Both the position numbers and the translations under genes were made by a program. This document shows positions 21,005 to 30,129 of a stretch of DNA of 64,000 nucleotides, in pieces (positions within the stretch are counted from its first letter, which is position 1; each line of letters starts with the position of its first letter). The notes under the pieces were generated by a model. That model saw only the letters and a list, made by a program, of their open reading frames with translations, was not told where the DNA came from and did no database searches. This stretch comes from Candidatus Cloacimonadales bacterium (GTDB lineage: Bacteria > Cloacimonadota > Cloacimonadia > Cloacimonadales > JAFGVF01), in contig OY759729.1 of the NCBI GenBank assembly GCA_963662585.1, positions 1,568,001 to 1,632,000 on the forward strand, given 5' to 3'.

Positions 21005-21073
21005 TGTTATTTCCTTCTTTTATTTTAATCTCAATAACAATATATTTGAAGACTGTATTGATTTCAACTTTAT

Positions 21074-21123
21074 TAGACCGAGGGATTGTACTTTTCGACG
21101 ATTGACTTGTTCTGATAGATGAA
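21074..21123 (-). promoter_or_regulatory. Putative LytTR operator: three imperfect direct repeats at 21-bp period
   Basis: Plus strand TAGACCGA (21074), TCGACGAT (21095), TAGATGAA (21116), upstream of tolC in an operon followed by a LytS/LytTR pair. Confidence 0.6.
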
Positions 21124-21217
21124 CTAGGAAAATTTAGTTTTTTTGCATATCATGCTAGAGAGTAAAATAGTGGATTTTTCATTTGTTATATCATTATTTC
21201 TTGTTTATGTCAGCATC

Positions 21218-21304
21218 TCTCCTGCTTGTCCTTAGTTACCATTTCGAAGAAAAATCAAAGAATATATGTAATGGTTACTGAGGACATGCAGAAGACAAGC
21301 AGGA
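21218..21304. repeat. Degenerate intergenic palindrome with 11-bp periodic arms (copy B)
   Basis: TGTCCTTAGTTACCATT (21227-21243) / AATGGTTACTGAGGACA (21270-21286); tandem GACATGCAGAA-GACAAGCAGGA (21283-21304). Confidence 0.55.
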
Positions 21305-21333
21305 ATTAAGAAAGCCCCACATAAGCGGGGCTT
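21305..21333 (-). terminator. Intrinsic terminator of the dsbD-omp28 operon
   Basis: Minus strand AAGCCCCGC-TTAT-GTGGGGCTT followed by TCTT. Confidence 0.7.
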
Positions 21334-21428
21334 CAATATTTGTCTAAGGTTTTAGTAGTCAAGAATGGCTACACATTAGCGTGAAAGATTCCTTCAAAGG
21401 TAAGGAGCTCCCAGTGAGCGTTCCCAGT

Positions 21429-22169
21429 TTATTTCATCAAAATCATTTTGTTAGTAGTACTTTGTGTTCCATTAGTCAATTTGTAAAAATATATTCCTGA
21501 AGATAAGTTATTATTATTCTTATCTTTACCATTCCAAACTACTGTATGATTACCGCTTGTTTGGTATTCATTAACTAAAGTAGTAATGTGTTGTCCTAAG
21601 ATATTAAAGACATCTAACTTAACTTGAGAAGCCTTATTTAGGGTGAAACTAATAGTTGTTTCAGGATTAAAAGGATTTGGATAGTTAGAAAGAGCAATGA
21701 CATTAGGGACTTGAACATTATTATCAATAGACACAAAATCAGCTGTTCTAAAAGTAAAAGGAAGAACAATCGGTTCAGTAATATCCCCACCTGTAATCAC
21801 ATATTCAAAAGTTATCATACCTTCATTTCCAGCCATGTTGTTAACTTGGAAATCAGCAGCAAGTGTAGCATCTGCAGGTAAGGTGAAAGTCCAAGGTTGG
21901 GTATAATGATGACAGCCTTCAAAGAGTCCTACATCACTTAAATCTTCATGACACCAAGTCATGAACCAACCTGCAGGGTATTCAATCATATTTAGACCAA
22001 TAGTGAATTCTGCAGACTCACCTTCATTAGTTATATGGAAAAAATCGGAGGTAAAAGATTCTGCACCAGTTCCCCCCACTACATCACTATCAAATCCAAT
22101 CTCAATATTAAGCGTTGCGAAAAGAGCCATGGACGATATTAAAATCATTAAAATAAGTATTTTTCTCAT
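21429..22169 (-). CDS. Secreted protein with T9SS type-A/FlgD Ig-like C-terminal domain
   Basis: Signal peptide; C-terminal NYPNPFNPETTISF..FNILGQ..VWNGKD..SSGIYFYKL..KMILMK. Confidence 0.88.
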   Translation of the reverse strand: MRKILILMILISSMALFATLNIEIGFDSDVVGGTGAESFTSDFFHITNEGESAEFTIGLNMIEYPAGWFMTWCHEDLSDVGLFEGCHHYTQPWTFTLPADATLAADFQVNNMAGNEGMITFEYVITGGDITEPIVLPFTFRTADFVSIDNNVQVPNVIALSNYPNPFNPETTISFTLNKASQVKLDVFNILGQHITTLVNEYQTSGNHTVVWNGKDKNNNNLSSGIYFYKLTNGTQSTTNKMILMK

Positions 22170-22179
22170 TTATTTCTCC

Positions 22180-23610
22180 TTAGAATTTGGTTGTAATTTC
22201 AACTTTAATACCTTCAAAAGGTTTAACTTCTTTACAGGTACCGTTTTGACAAACCTTACCACCCTTTTGCTTTCCAGCAAAAAGATTTAGGGAAGTATTA
22301 TCCATAATTTCGGTTTTAAAGGTAGTTCCGAACCAGAATTCAGCATCAGAAAGAGAAGATAAATCTTCTGCTTGTGCTTCTGTTAAGAAAGATATTGCAT
22401 AATTTTTATACATAAAATCAGTCTGAAGTAGAGGTTCAATATATTCTCTTGTGCTATCAAAATTATGTTGTTCTTCAATCATAGTATAGTCACCTTTCAA
22501 GTAGATACTGAAACTATTATCTAAAGGAATGTCAATTGAAGCAGTAGGAGTAACTTCTTTTGACCAGTGTCCACCATCTCTGTCTTCTCTTTCAAAATGT
22601 TCATAACTTACTTTTAAAAGATTATTTCCAATCTGTTTAGATGTTTCAATAAATCCATTTGCCAAGCGATAATTATAATCACTTGACCAAGCTTCAGCAT
22701 AACTTGTGAATAACTTAGCAAAAGAGTTATCCCAAGTTATTTCACCCATAGCCCCCTCTTCATCCAAACCAATTTCTTGATAATCATCTAAGACATCATC
22801 GGCATGGTTAAGGGTTGGTAAATCATTTAAGTCATAATTGAAGTTTTTAAATTTCTTATAGAATCCTGAGAGTGTAAAGTCCCCAAGATAAATGTTTGAA
22901 TTTGCATAGATACCATGTCCGTAGGTCATTTCAGTAGTTTCTAACTCTGAATAGGCATACTCTCCATAGATATCCATAAAATCAAAGAATAAATTAAGGT
23001 TAGAACTAAAGACTTGTCTATCAGAATATTTTGTTGCTGTTACCATCTCCCTAATTTGCAGAGCAGAGCCACCCCAAGTTAAATAATCATGAGACATACT
23101 AAATTCAGCACCAGCAAAGGAGTCATTATTATCAGGGTTATTTTTATTAGCTGTAACACCATAGATAGCCTTAGTTTTAAATCTATCATATTGGAAAGAT
23201 GTCATCGCACCTTCTAATCTATTATCATGATCAACATCTTCATCTTCATAAGCTCTAAAGGTCATTCCTGTACCGAATGATTCAGAAAGAGTACCGACTT
23301 TCAAGCCAATATTATCGCCATTATAAGTTAAGTATCTTTCATTCCATTCATAAGATAAATCTCTTGATCTAAGTTCTGCTAAAGGAGCGTCATCTTCATA
23401 CTTAGGAAGATAGGCGTTAAAGGTGATACCAAAAGACAAGTTGTTATAATCAACTATTACCCCAAGTTCATTTTCAAAATAGTTTTTTAGGGAATCCTCA
23501 GCTGTTCTATGAATAAAGTCAGCTTGATTGAAACCAGAGATATAAATATCCGCACTAATAATCCCAATCGAAATTATCATAAAGAATAATAAGGTTAATT
23601 TCTTAATCAT
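22180..23610 (-). CDS. DUF6029-like outer-membrane beta-barrel protein
   Basis: Signal peptide, beta-strand pattern, ESFGTGMTFRAYED, C-terminal GGKVCQNGTCKEVKPFEG..TKF; adjacent to TlpA and Omp28. Confidence 0.7.
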   Translation of the reverse strand: MIKKLTLLFFMIISIGIISADIYISGFNQADFIHRTAEDSLKNYFENELGVIVDYNNLSFGITFNAYLPKYEDDAPLAELRSRDLSYEWNERYLTYNGDNIGLKVGTLSESFGTGMTFRAYEDEDVDHDNRLEGAMTSFQYDRFKTKAIYGVTANKNNPDNNDSFAGAEFSMSHDYLTWGGSALQIREMVTATKYSDRQVFSSNLNLFFDFMDIYGEYAYSELETTEMTYGHGIYANSNIYLGDFTLSGFYKKFKNFNYDLNDLPTLNHADDVLDDYQEIGLDEEGAMGEITWDNSFAKLFTSYAEAWSSDYNYRLANGFIETSKQIGNNLLKVSYEHFEREDRDGGHWSKEVTPTASIDIPLDNSFSIYLKGDYTMIEEQHNFDSTREYIEPLLQTDFMYKNYAISFLTEAQAEDLSSLSDAEFWFGTTFKTEIMDNTSLNLFAGKQKGGKVCQNGTCKEVKPFEGIKVEITTKF

Positions 23611-23612
23611 AA

Positions 23613-24122
23613 CTACTCTTTAACCTCTTCTTGTGGGTTTGCTTTAAGAGCTTTAGCTATTTCAGCTGCTAAAACTTCGTGAGAATCAGCTTTTCCTGAG
23701 CTAAACTCAAAGAGAATATTTCCCTCATTATCTAAGAGGAAAGTATAAGGAATCTCAGTTACTCTCATCTTATCAGCAACTTTTGCATCTGAATCATAAA
23801 GAGTTGTGAAAGTATATTTATGTGATTTGATATAAGCCATAGCTTTTCTTTTTAGTCTAGGATTATCGATATTAATAGCAATAACCTCAACAGAGTCATT
23901 CTTTAGATTAAGTTCATCCATGTGTGGTAGAGCTTTTTTACATGGGTCACAGTAGCTTGCCCAGAAATCTACAACGATTAAGCTTTTACCAGTGAAATCT
24001 TTAAGTTGAAAAGATTCACCTTTTTCATTCTCTAATTTAAAATCAGTAAACTTCTTTTCTGCCATGAGAGAAAAAGTTAATAACAACATCAAACCTATTA
24101 TAATAATTCTATTTAATTTCAT
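23613..24122 (-). CDS. TlpA/ResA-like periplasmic thiol-disulfide oxidoreductase
   Basis: Signal peptide, DFWASYCDPCKKALP, IPYTFLLD. Confidence 0.92.
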   Translation of the reverse strand: MKLNRIIIIGLMLLLTFSLMAEKKFTDFKLENEKGESFQLKDFTGKSLIVVDFWASYCDPCKKALPHMDELNLKNDSVEVIAINIDNPRLKRKAMAYIKSHKYTFTTLYDSDAKVADKMRVTEIPYTFLLDNEGNILFEFSSGKADSHEVLAAEIAKALKANPQEEVKE

Positions 24123-24123
24123 C

Positions 24124-25218
24124 TTATTTACTCCTTACTTCTTCTTTAATCCAAGCATGTACAAATGAGTCATCTCCATAAGTTTCACCCGCAGTTTGTA
24201 GCCAGAAGACTACTCCTAAATCATCAGGAATATCGCGAGGATAATCAATATTAATTGCGTAAGTGCTATTAATATCACTTTCCATAATATCGTAATACCC
24301 TTCAGTTAAAACAACATTACGGCAGGGATTACCTGCATAGTTATTGGCAGCTGAGACTTCTTCATAGAAAGCCCATCTGAGTTTTAAGTTTGTTAAGTCA
24401 ACTACTTCTGTTGTTATTTTATCAATATCTAAATGAACTTGATAAGTTTCTGTATTAGTAGTTTCAACTAAATTACTCAACATAAACTGAGCATCCATTT
24501 CCTTATAAGCATCTAAAATCGATGGAAAGATATCCCCTTGGTCTCCAGAGAAGACATCTTTACCTTGAAGAATGGCTACTGGAGGACTAGTATAACCATA
24601 GAAGTTATCAAAGAATTCATGTTCTCCTGAGATAGCATCCTGAGTATGAAATTCTAAATAAAAGAAATTATCCGGATTAGAATATTGATAATTATGTATA
24701 TCTTCTTCCACTTCAGGACAAGTTCCACACCAAGTAGCTGTCATGATTTCAGCGAAAGGTCTTAGTTTGTTTTCATTAGTTGCTTCTTGTTGATTGCCAT
24801 ATAAATAATAAACACTACCAACTTGTCTAAGTTGATCAGCAAAAGTCATAGTTTCTACAACTTGATTATCAGTAGTAGAGATTATAAGATTCCAAGAAAC
24901 TAAAAGTTCATTATTACTAAGTAATTCAACATTTATAAAGCGGGGTTCATTAACTAAGAATACACCGCTTACGATATCTTCAATATCTTCTTTTGTCTGT
25001 CCATCATTAAGATAATCATCGTCAAAATAGGTCATGAAATCAGAGATATTATCAGATGTTGTTACAGTTGCAGTACTTGAAAAGTCATCAAAAACAGTAG
25101 TAACTATTTCGTTATAATCAATTACTTCATTTATAGTTGGTTTATCAAATCTATCACAAGAAGCTATAACTAAAAGTGATAAGATAATTAGAGTTATTAA
25201 GGTTAATTTTCTCAGCAT
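24124..25218 (-). CDS. Omp28-related thioredoxin-fold lipoprotein
   Basis: Lipobox IASC; NTF2-like N-terminal segment; AEIMTATWCGTCP (CxxC), cis-Pro region TSPP, YEE...RNVV, VVFWLQ. Confidence 0.7.
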   Translation of the reverse strand: MLRKLTLITLIILSLLVIASCDRFDKPTINEVIDYNEIVTTVFDDFSSTATVTTSDNISDFMTYFDDDYLNDGQTKEDIEDIVSGVFLVNEPRFINVELLSNNELLVSWNLIISTTDNQVVETMTFADQLRQVGSVYYLYGNQQEATNENKLRPFAEIMTATWCGTCPEVEEDIHNYQYSNPDNFFYLEFHTQDAISGEHEFFDNFYGYTSPPVAILQGKDVFSGDQGDIFPSILDAYKEMDAQFMLSNLVETTNTETYQVHLDIDKITTEVVDLTNLKLRWAFYEEVSAANNYAGNPCRNVVLTEGYYDIMESDINSTYAINIDYPRDIPDDLGVVFWLQTAGETYGDDSFVHAWIKEEVRSK

Positions 25219-25227
25219 AATTCTCCT

Positions 25228-26934
25228 CTACTTGATTAAATCAGTTATTGTGCTTGGTGAAATAAGTTCTGGAAGCACAACACCATCACTTGCACCTGGT
25301 GCAAAATAAATATAGAATGGTACGCCAGCTCTCTGATATTTAGCTAACCATTTTTCTACTAACTCATTTTTGCGAGTATTATCACCATAAAGTAACTCTA
25401 CATTCTTCTCTTGGAAAAATGCTCTTATATCATCATTTTTAAAAACATTAGCTTCATTAACCTTGCAGGAAGTACACCATTTAGCTCCAAAAGCAACAAA
25501 TACTGGTTTATTCTCATTACGGTATTCTTGTAAGGTAGCCTCACTGAATTTTTGCCATTCTGCTGTTGGAGGATTATGATTTTCCTCACTAACAATTGAT
25601 GTATCTGTACTATAATCTAATAAATAGTGGGCTGAGCCAAAAATTAAAGCTATAGCAATTATTGTCCATATCCACTGTTTGAGAATTGAGCTCATTGGGC
25701 CAGCAAACTTGCCATATATCCAACTAGCAAAACTTAAAACAAGTAAGAAAGTTAAAGTATTTAAGAAGGCTATACCACTTACTAAATAGTGAAGAGTATA
25801 AAGTAAATAGAGGGCTGTTCCAAAAAGAAGGAATCCCATAATTTCTTTAAAAGTAGTCATCCAATCACCTGGTTTAGGAATTAACTTGATTGCTTTAGGA
25901 GCAAAGCCGAGAAGAATAAATGGGAAGGCTAAACCAAGACCTATCATAATAAAAGAAATAAAGATAATTGTTGGAGGTTGTTGGAAAGCAAATCCTATTG
26001 CAGGAGCCAAGAGCGGTGCTGTACATGGAGTTGCCAATAAAACAGCAAAAATACCACTAAAGAAAGAACCTGTAATCCCACCTTTATTTGATGCTTGAGT
26101 CGCCATATTCATACCAGGAACTCTAAGCTGGAATACTTCATAGAGTGAAAGAGTAAATACCCAAATAGCAATTATTAAACCAAAAACAAACCATGGATTT
26201 TGGAATTGGAATCCCCAAGAAAGTGATTCTCCAGTTGATTTAATAACTACAACAAAAGTAGCTAGAATTATAAATGACACTAATATACCTGCTGTATAAG
26301 CAAGTGAGCCTTTTAAAATATTTGATTTATTATCTTGACTCTGGCGAACTAAACTCATTGCTCTTATTGATAAAACAGGTAAGACACAAGGCATCACATT
26401 AAGAAGAACACCACCTAAAAATGCTAATAGAATAAAGTATAAGACTTTTGTTCCTGATGTTCCTTCAGAATCTGTAGCTGTCTCAGTTTCCACTAGTGCA
26501 GATAGAGGAGTTACAGCTAATGTTTCAGTGCCTGATATCGGTCTTAAGCAAGCTCCTGAATCAAGACATAACTGATAAGAATATTCTACCACAATCTCTT
26601 TTAGTTCAGGATCTGTAATAGCAAAAGCAAGATCTAAAGTGACTTCATGGTCATATTCTATAAATTCACCTGCAGCAACACCTTCTGTCATTGGATAAAT
26701 AATGTCCTCAAAAGTGACTCCAGGAGTTTCTGAGTAAATATAGAATTGAGCATATTCATCATCAACTTCATAGCTTTGATGATAGCCTTCAGGAATAGTA
26801 AAAGTAGCTTTAATAAGGCCACTATCACCAGTTTGTTCTAAAGCAATAGATACTTCTGCTTCTTCTGCAGATAAAAAACTAACTACAGATAACAGAATCA
26901 TCAGCATTAACACGGTTTTTTTAATCACATCCAT
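25228..26934 (-). CDS. dsbD: Protein-disulfide reductase DsbD family
   Basis: nDsbD CLDSGAC, TM LNVMPCVLPVL and LATPCTAP, PKPGDWM, C-terminal thioredoxin AKWCTSCK. Confidence 0.92.
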   Translation of the reverse strand: MDVIKKTVLMLMILLSVVSFLSAEEAEVSIALEQTGDSGLIKATFTIPEGYHQSYEVDDEYAQFYIYSETPGVTFEDIIYPMTEGVAAGEFIEYDHEVTLDLAFAITDPELKEIVVEYSYQLCLDSGACLRPISGTETLAVTPLSALVETETATDSEGTSGTKVLYFILLAFLGGVLLNVMPCVLPVLSIRAMSLVRQSQDNKSNILKGSLAYTAGILVSFIILATFVVVIKSTGESLSWGFQFQNPWFVFGLIIAIWVFTLSLYEVFQLRVPGMNMATQASNKGGITGSFFSGIFAVLLATPCTAPLLAPAIGFAFQQPPTIIFISFIMIGLGLAFPFILLGFAPKAIKLIPKPGDWMTTFKEIMGFLLFGTALYLLYTLHYLVSGIAFLNTLTFLLVLSFASWIYGKFAGPMSSILKQWIWTIIAIALIFGSAHYLLDYSTDTSIVSEENHNPPTAEWQKFSEATLQEYRNENKPVFVAFGAKWCTSCKVNEANVFKNDDIRAFFQEKNVELLYGDNTRKNELVEKWLAKYQRAGVPFYIYFAPGASDGVVLPELISPSTITDLIK

Positions 26935-27079
26935 AAAAAGCTCCTAAATTTCAATTAATTTATGTAATAATATTTTCACATCACTAAAAATATATATTAG
27001 TTGTATTATTATGCAAATACTAATCCATAATAATGGCAAACACTTTGTTTTACAGCTAAAATTCTTGGTGTTAACTAAT

Positions 27080-27108
27080 TAGATATTTATTCTATCTTTT
27101 CTAGTCAA
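27080..27108 (-). promoter_or_regulatory. Putative sigma-70 promoter of the dsbD operon
   Basis: Minus strand TTGACT-N17-TATCTA. Confidence 0.4.
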
Positions 27109-27157
27109 CTATCGATTTAACATAGCTATGCCATTTTGACATAACTTACTGCAACTT

Positions 27158-28285
27158 CTATTTTATAATGTTGTTATAGGGTAAATATTGAGCATATCTC
27201 TCTTCAACAACTTTGATATAATGCCTTGTTTCTTCCCATGATTTAGTATGAAGTAGATCATATACTTTCTTATTATTATTAGAATTAAGTAAGTTAATCA
27301 TATCATCCCATTTTTCTTGTGGAATCTTACTTGTTTTTCCTGCTAAGGCTATATAAATAGCTCCACTTCCTCCATTATAACTACAAATCACACAATATCT
27401 CTGGTTAATTTCGTTGGTAATCTTCTTCCAGCTTGTAGATTTAAGATGACCTAAGAAATTAATCCCCATTCTTAAATTCTTTTCAGGGTCAAAGAGTATT
27501 TTACTCTTAGGTTCCTTATCAGCTTTATAAAGAATTCGATTCATAGTTCTTCCAGCATATTTAGGGACGATTTGCATCATACCATAAGCATTACCAGTTC
27601 TGTTATATGCACGAGGATTGAAGCAAGATTCTGTTTTAATAATCGCAATAGCTAAGGCTGGTTCGATACCTGCTTCTTTACAAAATTTAGAGATAAGATC
27701 TTCATATTGGGCAATTCTTTTTTTGTCACTGTCTGAGACTAAGTCCAGATTAATTGAATATACCTTTTTCCCATTAACCTTCTTTTCAAGAATCTTGGAG
27801 TTCTCAACAACAGCTTTAGCATCAGAAGACTTCACTGCTTGCCTAGGATTATTAGGAGAAGCTACTTGTCCTTCAAGGATTGTAGCTCCAGTTTCATCTT
27901 TTTCTTCCAGTATTTTTTTAGTTAAGGCTTCTAACTTTTGTTTAACCTCTTCATCACTACTATTTTCATCAACAACAACTTCTACCACAACTTTCGAGGA
28001 ATCAAAATCAACAGAAGTTCTACCTGAAAAATCCTCAGTATAACCAACCCAAGTTTTGGGGGATGATTCTTTAAAATCACCCCACATATCTTCAATATAT
28101 TTTTCATATTTTATAAATTGTTCATCTTGATAAGCTTGGAAGTTATTAGCGAATTTATAAAAGTCTTGTTCTTTCATTTCTTGTTCTTGTTTAAACTTCT
28201 CAAAATCGCTAGTTTGATCACTATACCCTTGGGCAATAAGAGAATTAGCCATTAATACGATACAAATAATTATAAAGAATCTCAT
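27158..28285 (-). CDS. mltC: MltC-like lytic murein transglycosylase (DUF3393 + SLT)
   Basis: WVGYTEDFSGRTSVDF N-domain; AIIKTESCFNP, AYGMMQIVP.YAG, SYNGG, ETRHY. Confidence 0.82.
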   Translation of the reverse strand: MRFFIIICIVLMANSLIAQGYSDQTSDFEKFKQEQEMKEQDFYKFANNFQAYQDEQFIKYEKYIEDMWGDFKESSPKTWVGYTEDFSGRTSVDFDSSKVVVEVVVDENSSDEEVKQKLEALTKKILEEKDETGATILEGQVASPNNPRQAVKSSDAKAVVENSKILEKKVNGKKVYSINLDLVSDSDKKRIAQYEDLISKFCKEAGIEPALAIAIIKTESCFNPRAYNRTGNAYGMMQIVPKYAGRTMNRILYKADKEPKSKILFDPEKNLRMGINFLGHLKSTSWKKITNEINQRYCVICSYNGGSGAIYIALAGKTSKIPQEKWDDMINLLNSNNNKKVYDLLHTKSWEETRHYIKVVEERYAQYLPYNNIIK

Positions 28286-28330
28286 ATTTCCTCCATGTTC
28301 ATTATATGTTTTTATTTGGATATTTTTAAA

Positions 28331-29998
28331 TTAACCTGCACTAGCACCACCACCTCCGCCACCGACAGATCCTCCACCTGAGCCACCATGAGCAACTGAA
28401 GTTACAACAACAACTGTTATTAAGGTATTAAGTGCTTCAATATCATCAGCAACTTCTCCTAGATTTGGGAAATTAAGTTCAATATTTTTCTTTTTAAAAT
28501 AGCGGATAAACTGTTGCCCGTATCCCATTAAGAGAATATAAGGGAATAACTCTTCAGCATCGTTAGGTGATAACTGATCTTCTTTGTTACGCAAAGTTCT
28601 AGTAATATAACTGCGAAAAGCCTTCCACTCTTTCCATTTTTCTAAACCCCTAGGACTAAGAATAGCTTTATCATCTAAATGCAACATCATATATATCCAA
28701 TAACTAAAGATAGCAAAAGCGGGAATTGGAGCTAAACCATATCCTTTAGTAAAGAATATTGCTCCTGTGATAGTTGCCACAACCCCGAGAATAAGTAAGA
28801 CAAAGAAGAAAAGAACTTTCTGATAGTATTTTTTCTTCTTTTGAACATCAATAAAACCGGTCTCAACAAACTTACGATTAATAAGTTCCAACAACCCTTT
28901 TTTATGACGATATGAGTTGGTAACTAAAGCTTTAAGTTCAATTCTCTTTTCCTTTCTATTTTCTTCTTTTCTAAGCAACTCAATATATCCTAAATCAAGG
29001 TCATCAGCTTTGGAAACATCATCAGCAATATCTATGTAATAATCGTTTATCGGTTTTCCCTTTTTATTGGTTACTTGAGTAAATGAGATTACCTGTTTAA
29101 TCGCCATGTGCATAAGAACCGGGATTAGATTTATATCATCTGAGCCAACTTGAAGAAGTCTAGCCACTAAGGCTGGATGTTTATGAGAAGGCAAATTAGT
29201 CATTTTGGGCAAAGATTTTATCTGTACATTATACCTTTTAATGAGAATAAATATTACACTAATGAGAAATAGAATTAGCCCTATGATTAGTATTTTATAG
29301 AACTTTCCATAGGGTATCAAGTTAGGAAATTCTTCAAAAACATCAGGACCCTGGTTAGGAGATGTGAAAGTACTAATTTCCATTAAATCAAGCGGAATAT
29401 TACTCTTAATATTGAATGATTTTCCTTTTAAATTGCTAAAGCTACAAATTAAACTATTACCCACCTCTTCATAATTAACATTTTTAGTATTATCCAAAAA
29501 GTTAACAATATCAAACATTGCTATATCTTGTGGAAAATTTATCGTTACTTTACCTGATTTAATGAGGAAATCATATTTATCTGGCAGAGGAGTCCAATCT
29601 AAGACTGCCTTTTTATTTTTTATTTTTAGGGCATTATAAACTTTGTAATCAAGAGTAAAACGAATAACTTCGTCAGAGATATTGTTTAGATTAAACTTAG
29701 CATTTAGATGATCAGAGTTTTTTAAACTTACAGTCTCTGCCACATTTCCAGAAGGGATCTGCTTTCCATCTAGCATTGCTTTATTTAAGAGAATAAATCC
29801 ATCTTTTGGAGCTCTTACATCTCTTTTTACCCATCTAAATGGTCCACCTTCAAAATGATATAAGGAAGTCTCTTCAATATCTAATGTTCCATCTTTATTA
29901 ACATTAATAATGCTGACAAATTCCTTTACAAAGTAAGTTTTTGCTGATAGTATCCCTAAAGTGGCAAAAAAGATTAGAATCATACAAAGTTTCCGCAT
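28331..29998 (-). CDS. DUF2207 family membrane protein
   Basis: INVNKDGTLDIEET N-terminus, TMs, W.AFR.Y, LFPY...G, Gly-rich tail GGSGGGSVGGGGGGASAG. Confidence 0.85.
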   Translation of the reverse strand: MRKLCMILIFFATLGILSAKTYFVKEFVSIINVNKDGTLDIEETSLYHFEGGPFRWVKRDVRAPKDGFILLNKAMLDGKQIPSGNVAETVSLKNSDHLNAKFNLNNISDEVIRFTLDYKVYNALKIKNKKAVLDWTPLPDKYDFLIKSGKVTINFPQDIAMFDIVNFLDNTKNVNYEEVGNSLICSFSNLKGKSFNIKSNIPLDLMEISTFTSPNQGPDVFEEFPNLIPYGKFYKILIIGLILFLISVIFILIKRYNVQIKSLPKMTNLPSHKHPALVARLLQVGSDDINLIPVLMHMAIKQVISFTQVTNKKGKPINDYYIDIADDVSKADDLDLGYIELLRKEENRKEKRIELKALVTNSYRHKKGLLELINRKFVETGFIDVQKKKKYYQKVLFFFVLLILGVVATITGAIFFTKGYGLAPIPAFAIFSYWIYMMLHLDDKAILSPRGLEKWKEWKAFRSYITRTLRNKEDQLSPNDAEELFPYILLMGYGQQFIRYFKKKNIELNFPNLGEVADDIEALNTLITVVVVTSVAHGGSGGGSVGGGGGGASAG

Positions 29999-30025
29999 TT
30001 TAGCTCCTTAAAATTCATTTATACA

Positions 30026-30106
30026 AAAATATAATAATCTTTAACTATCGTCAATAAATAAATTCTAAATATTTTTCTTGCCATAATTTTATCAAATGAA
30101 TATTTA
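30026..30106. promoter_or_regulatory. Divergent sigma-70 promoter pair
   Basis: Minus strand TTGACG-N17-TATTTT toward the DUF2207 gene; plus strand TTGCCA-N17-TATTTA toward the 30130 ORF. Confidence 0.4.
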
Positions 30107-30129
30107 TTTTTCAAGGAGTAAATTTAAAA

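Noticed and set aside
21429..26934. Selenocysteine (UGA) recoding in the redox operon
   Set aside because: All CxxC motifs are ordinary Cys within uninterrupted ORFs
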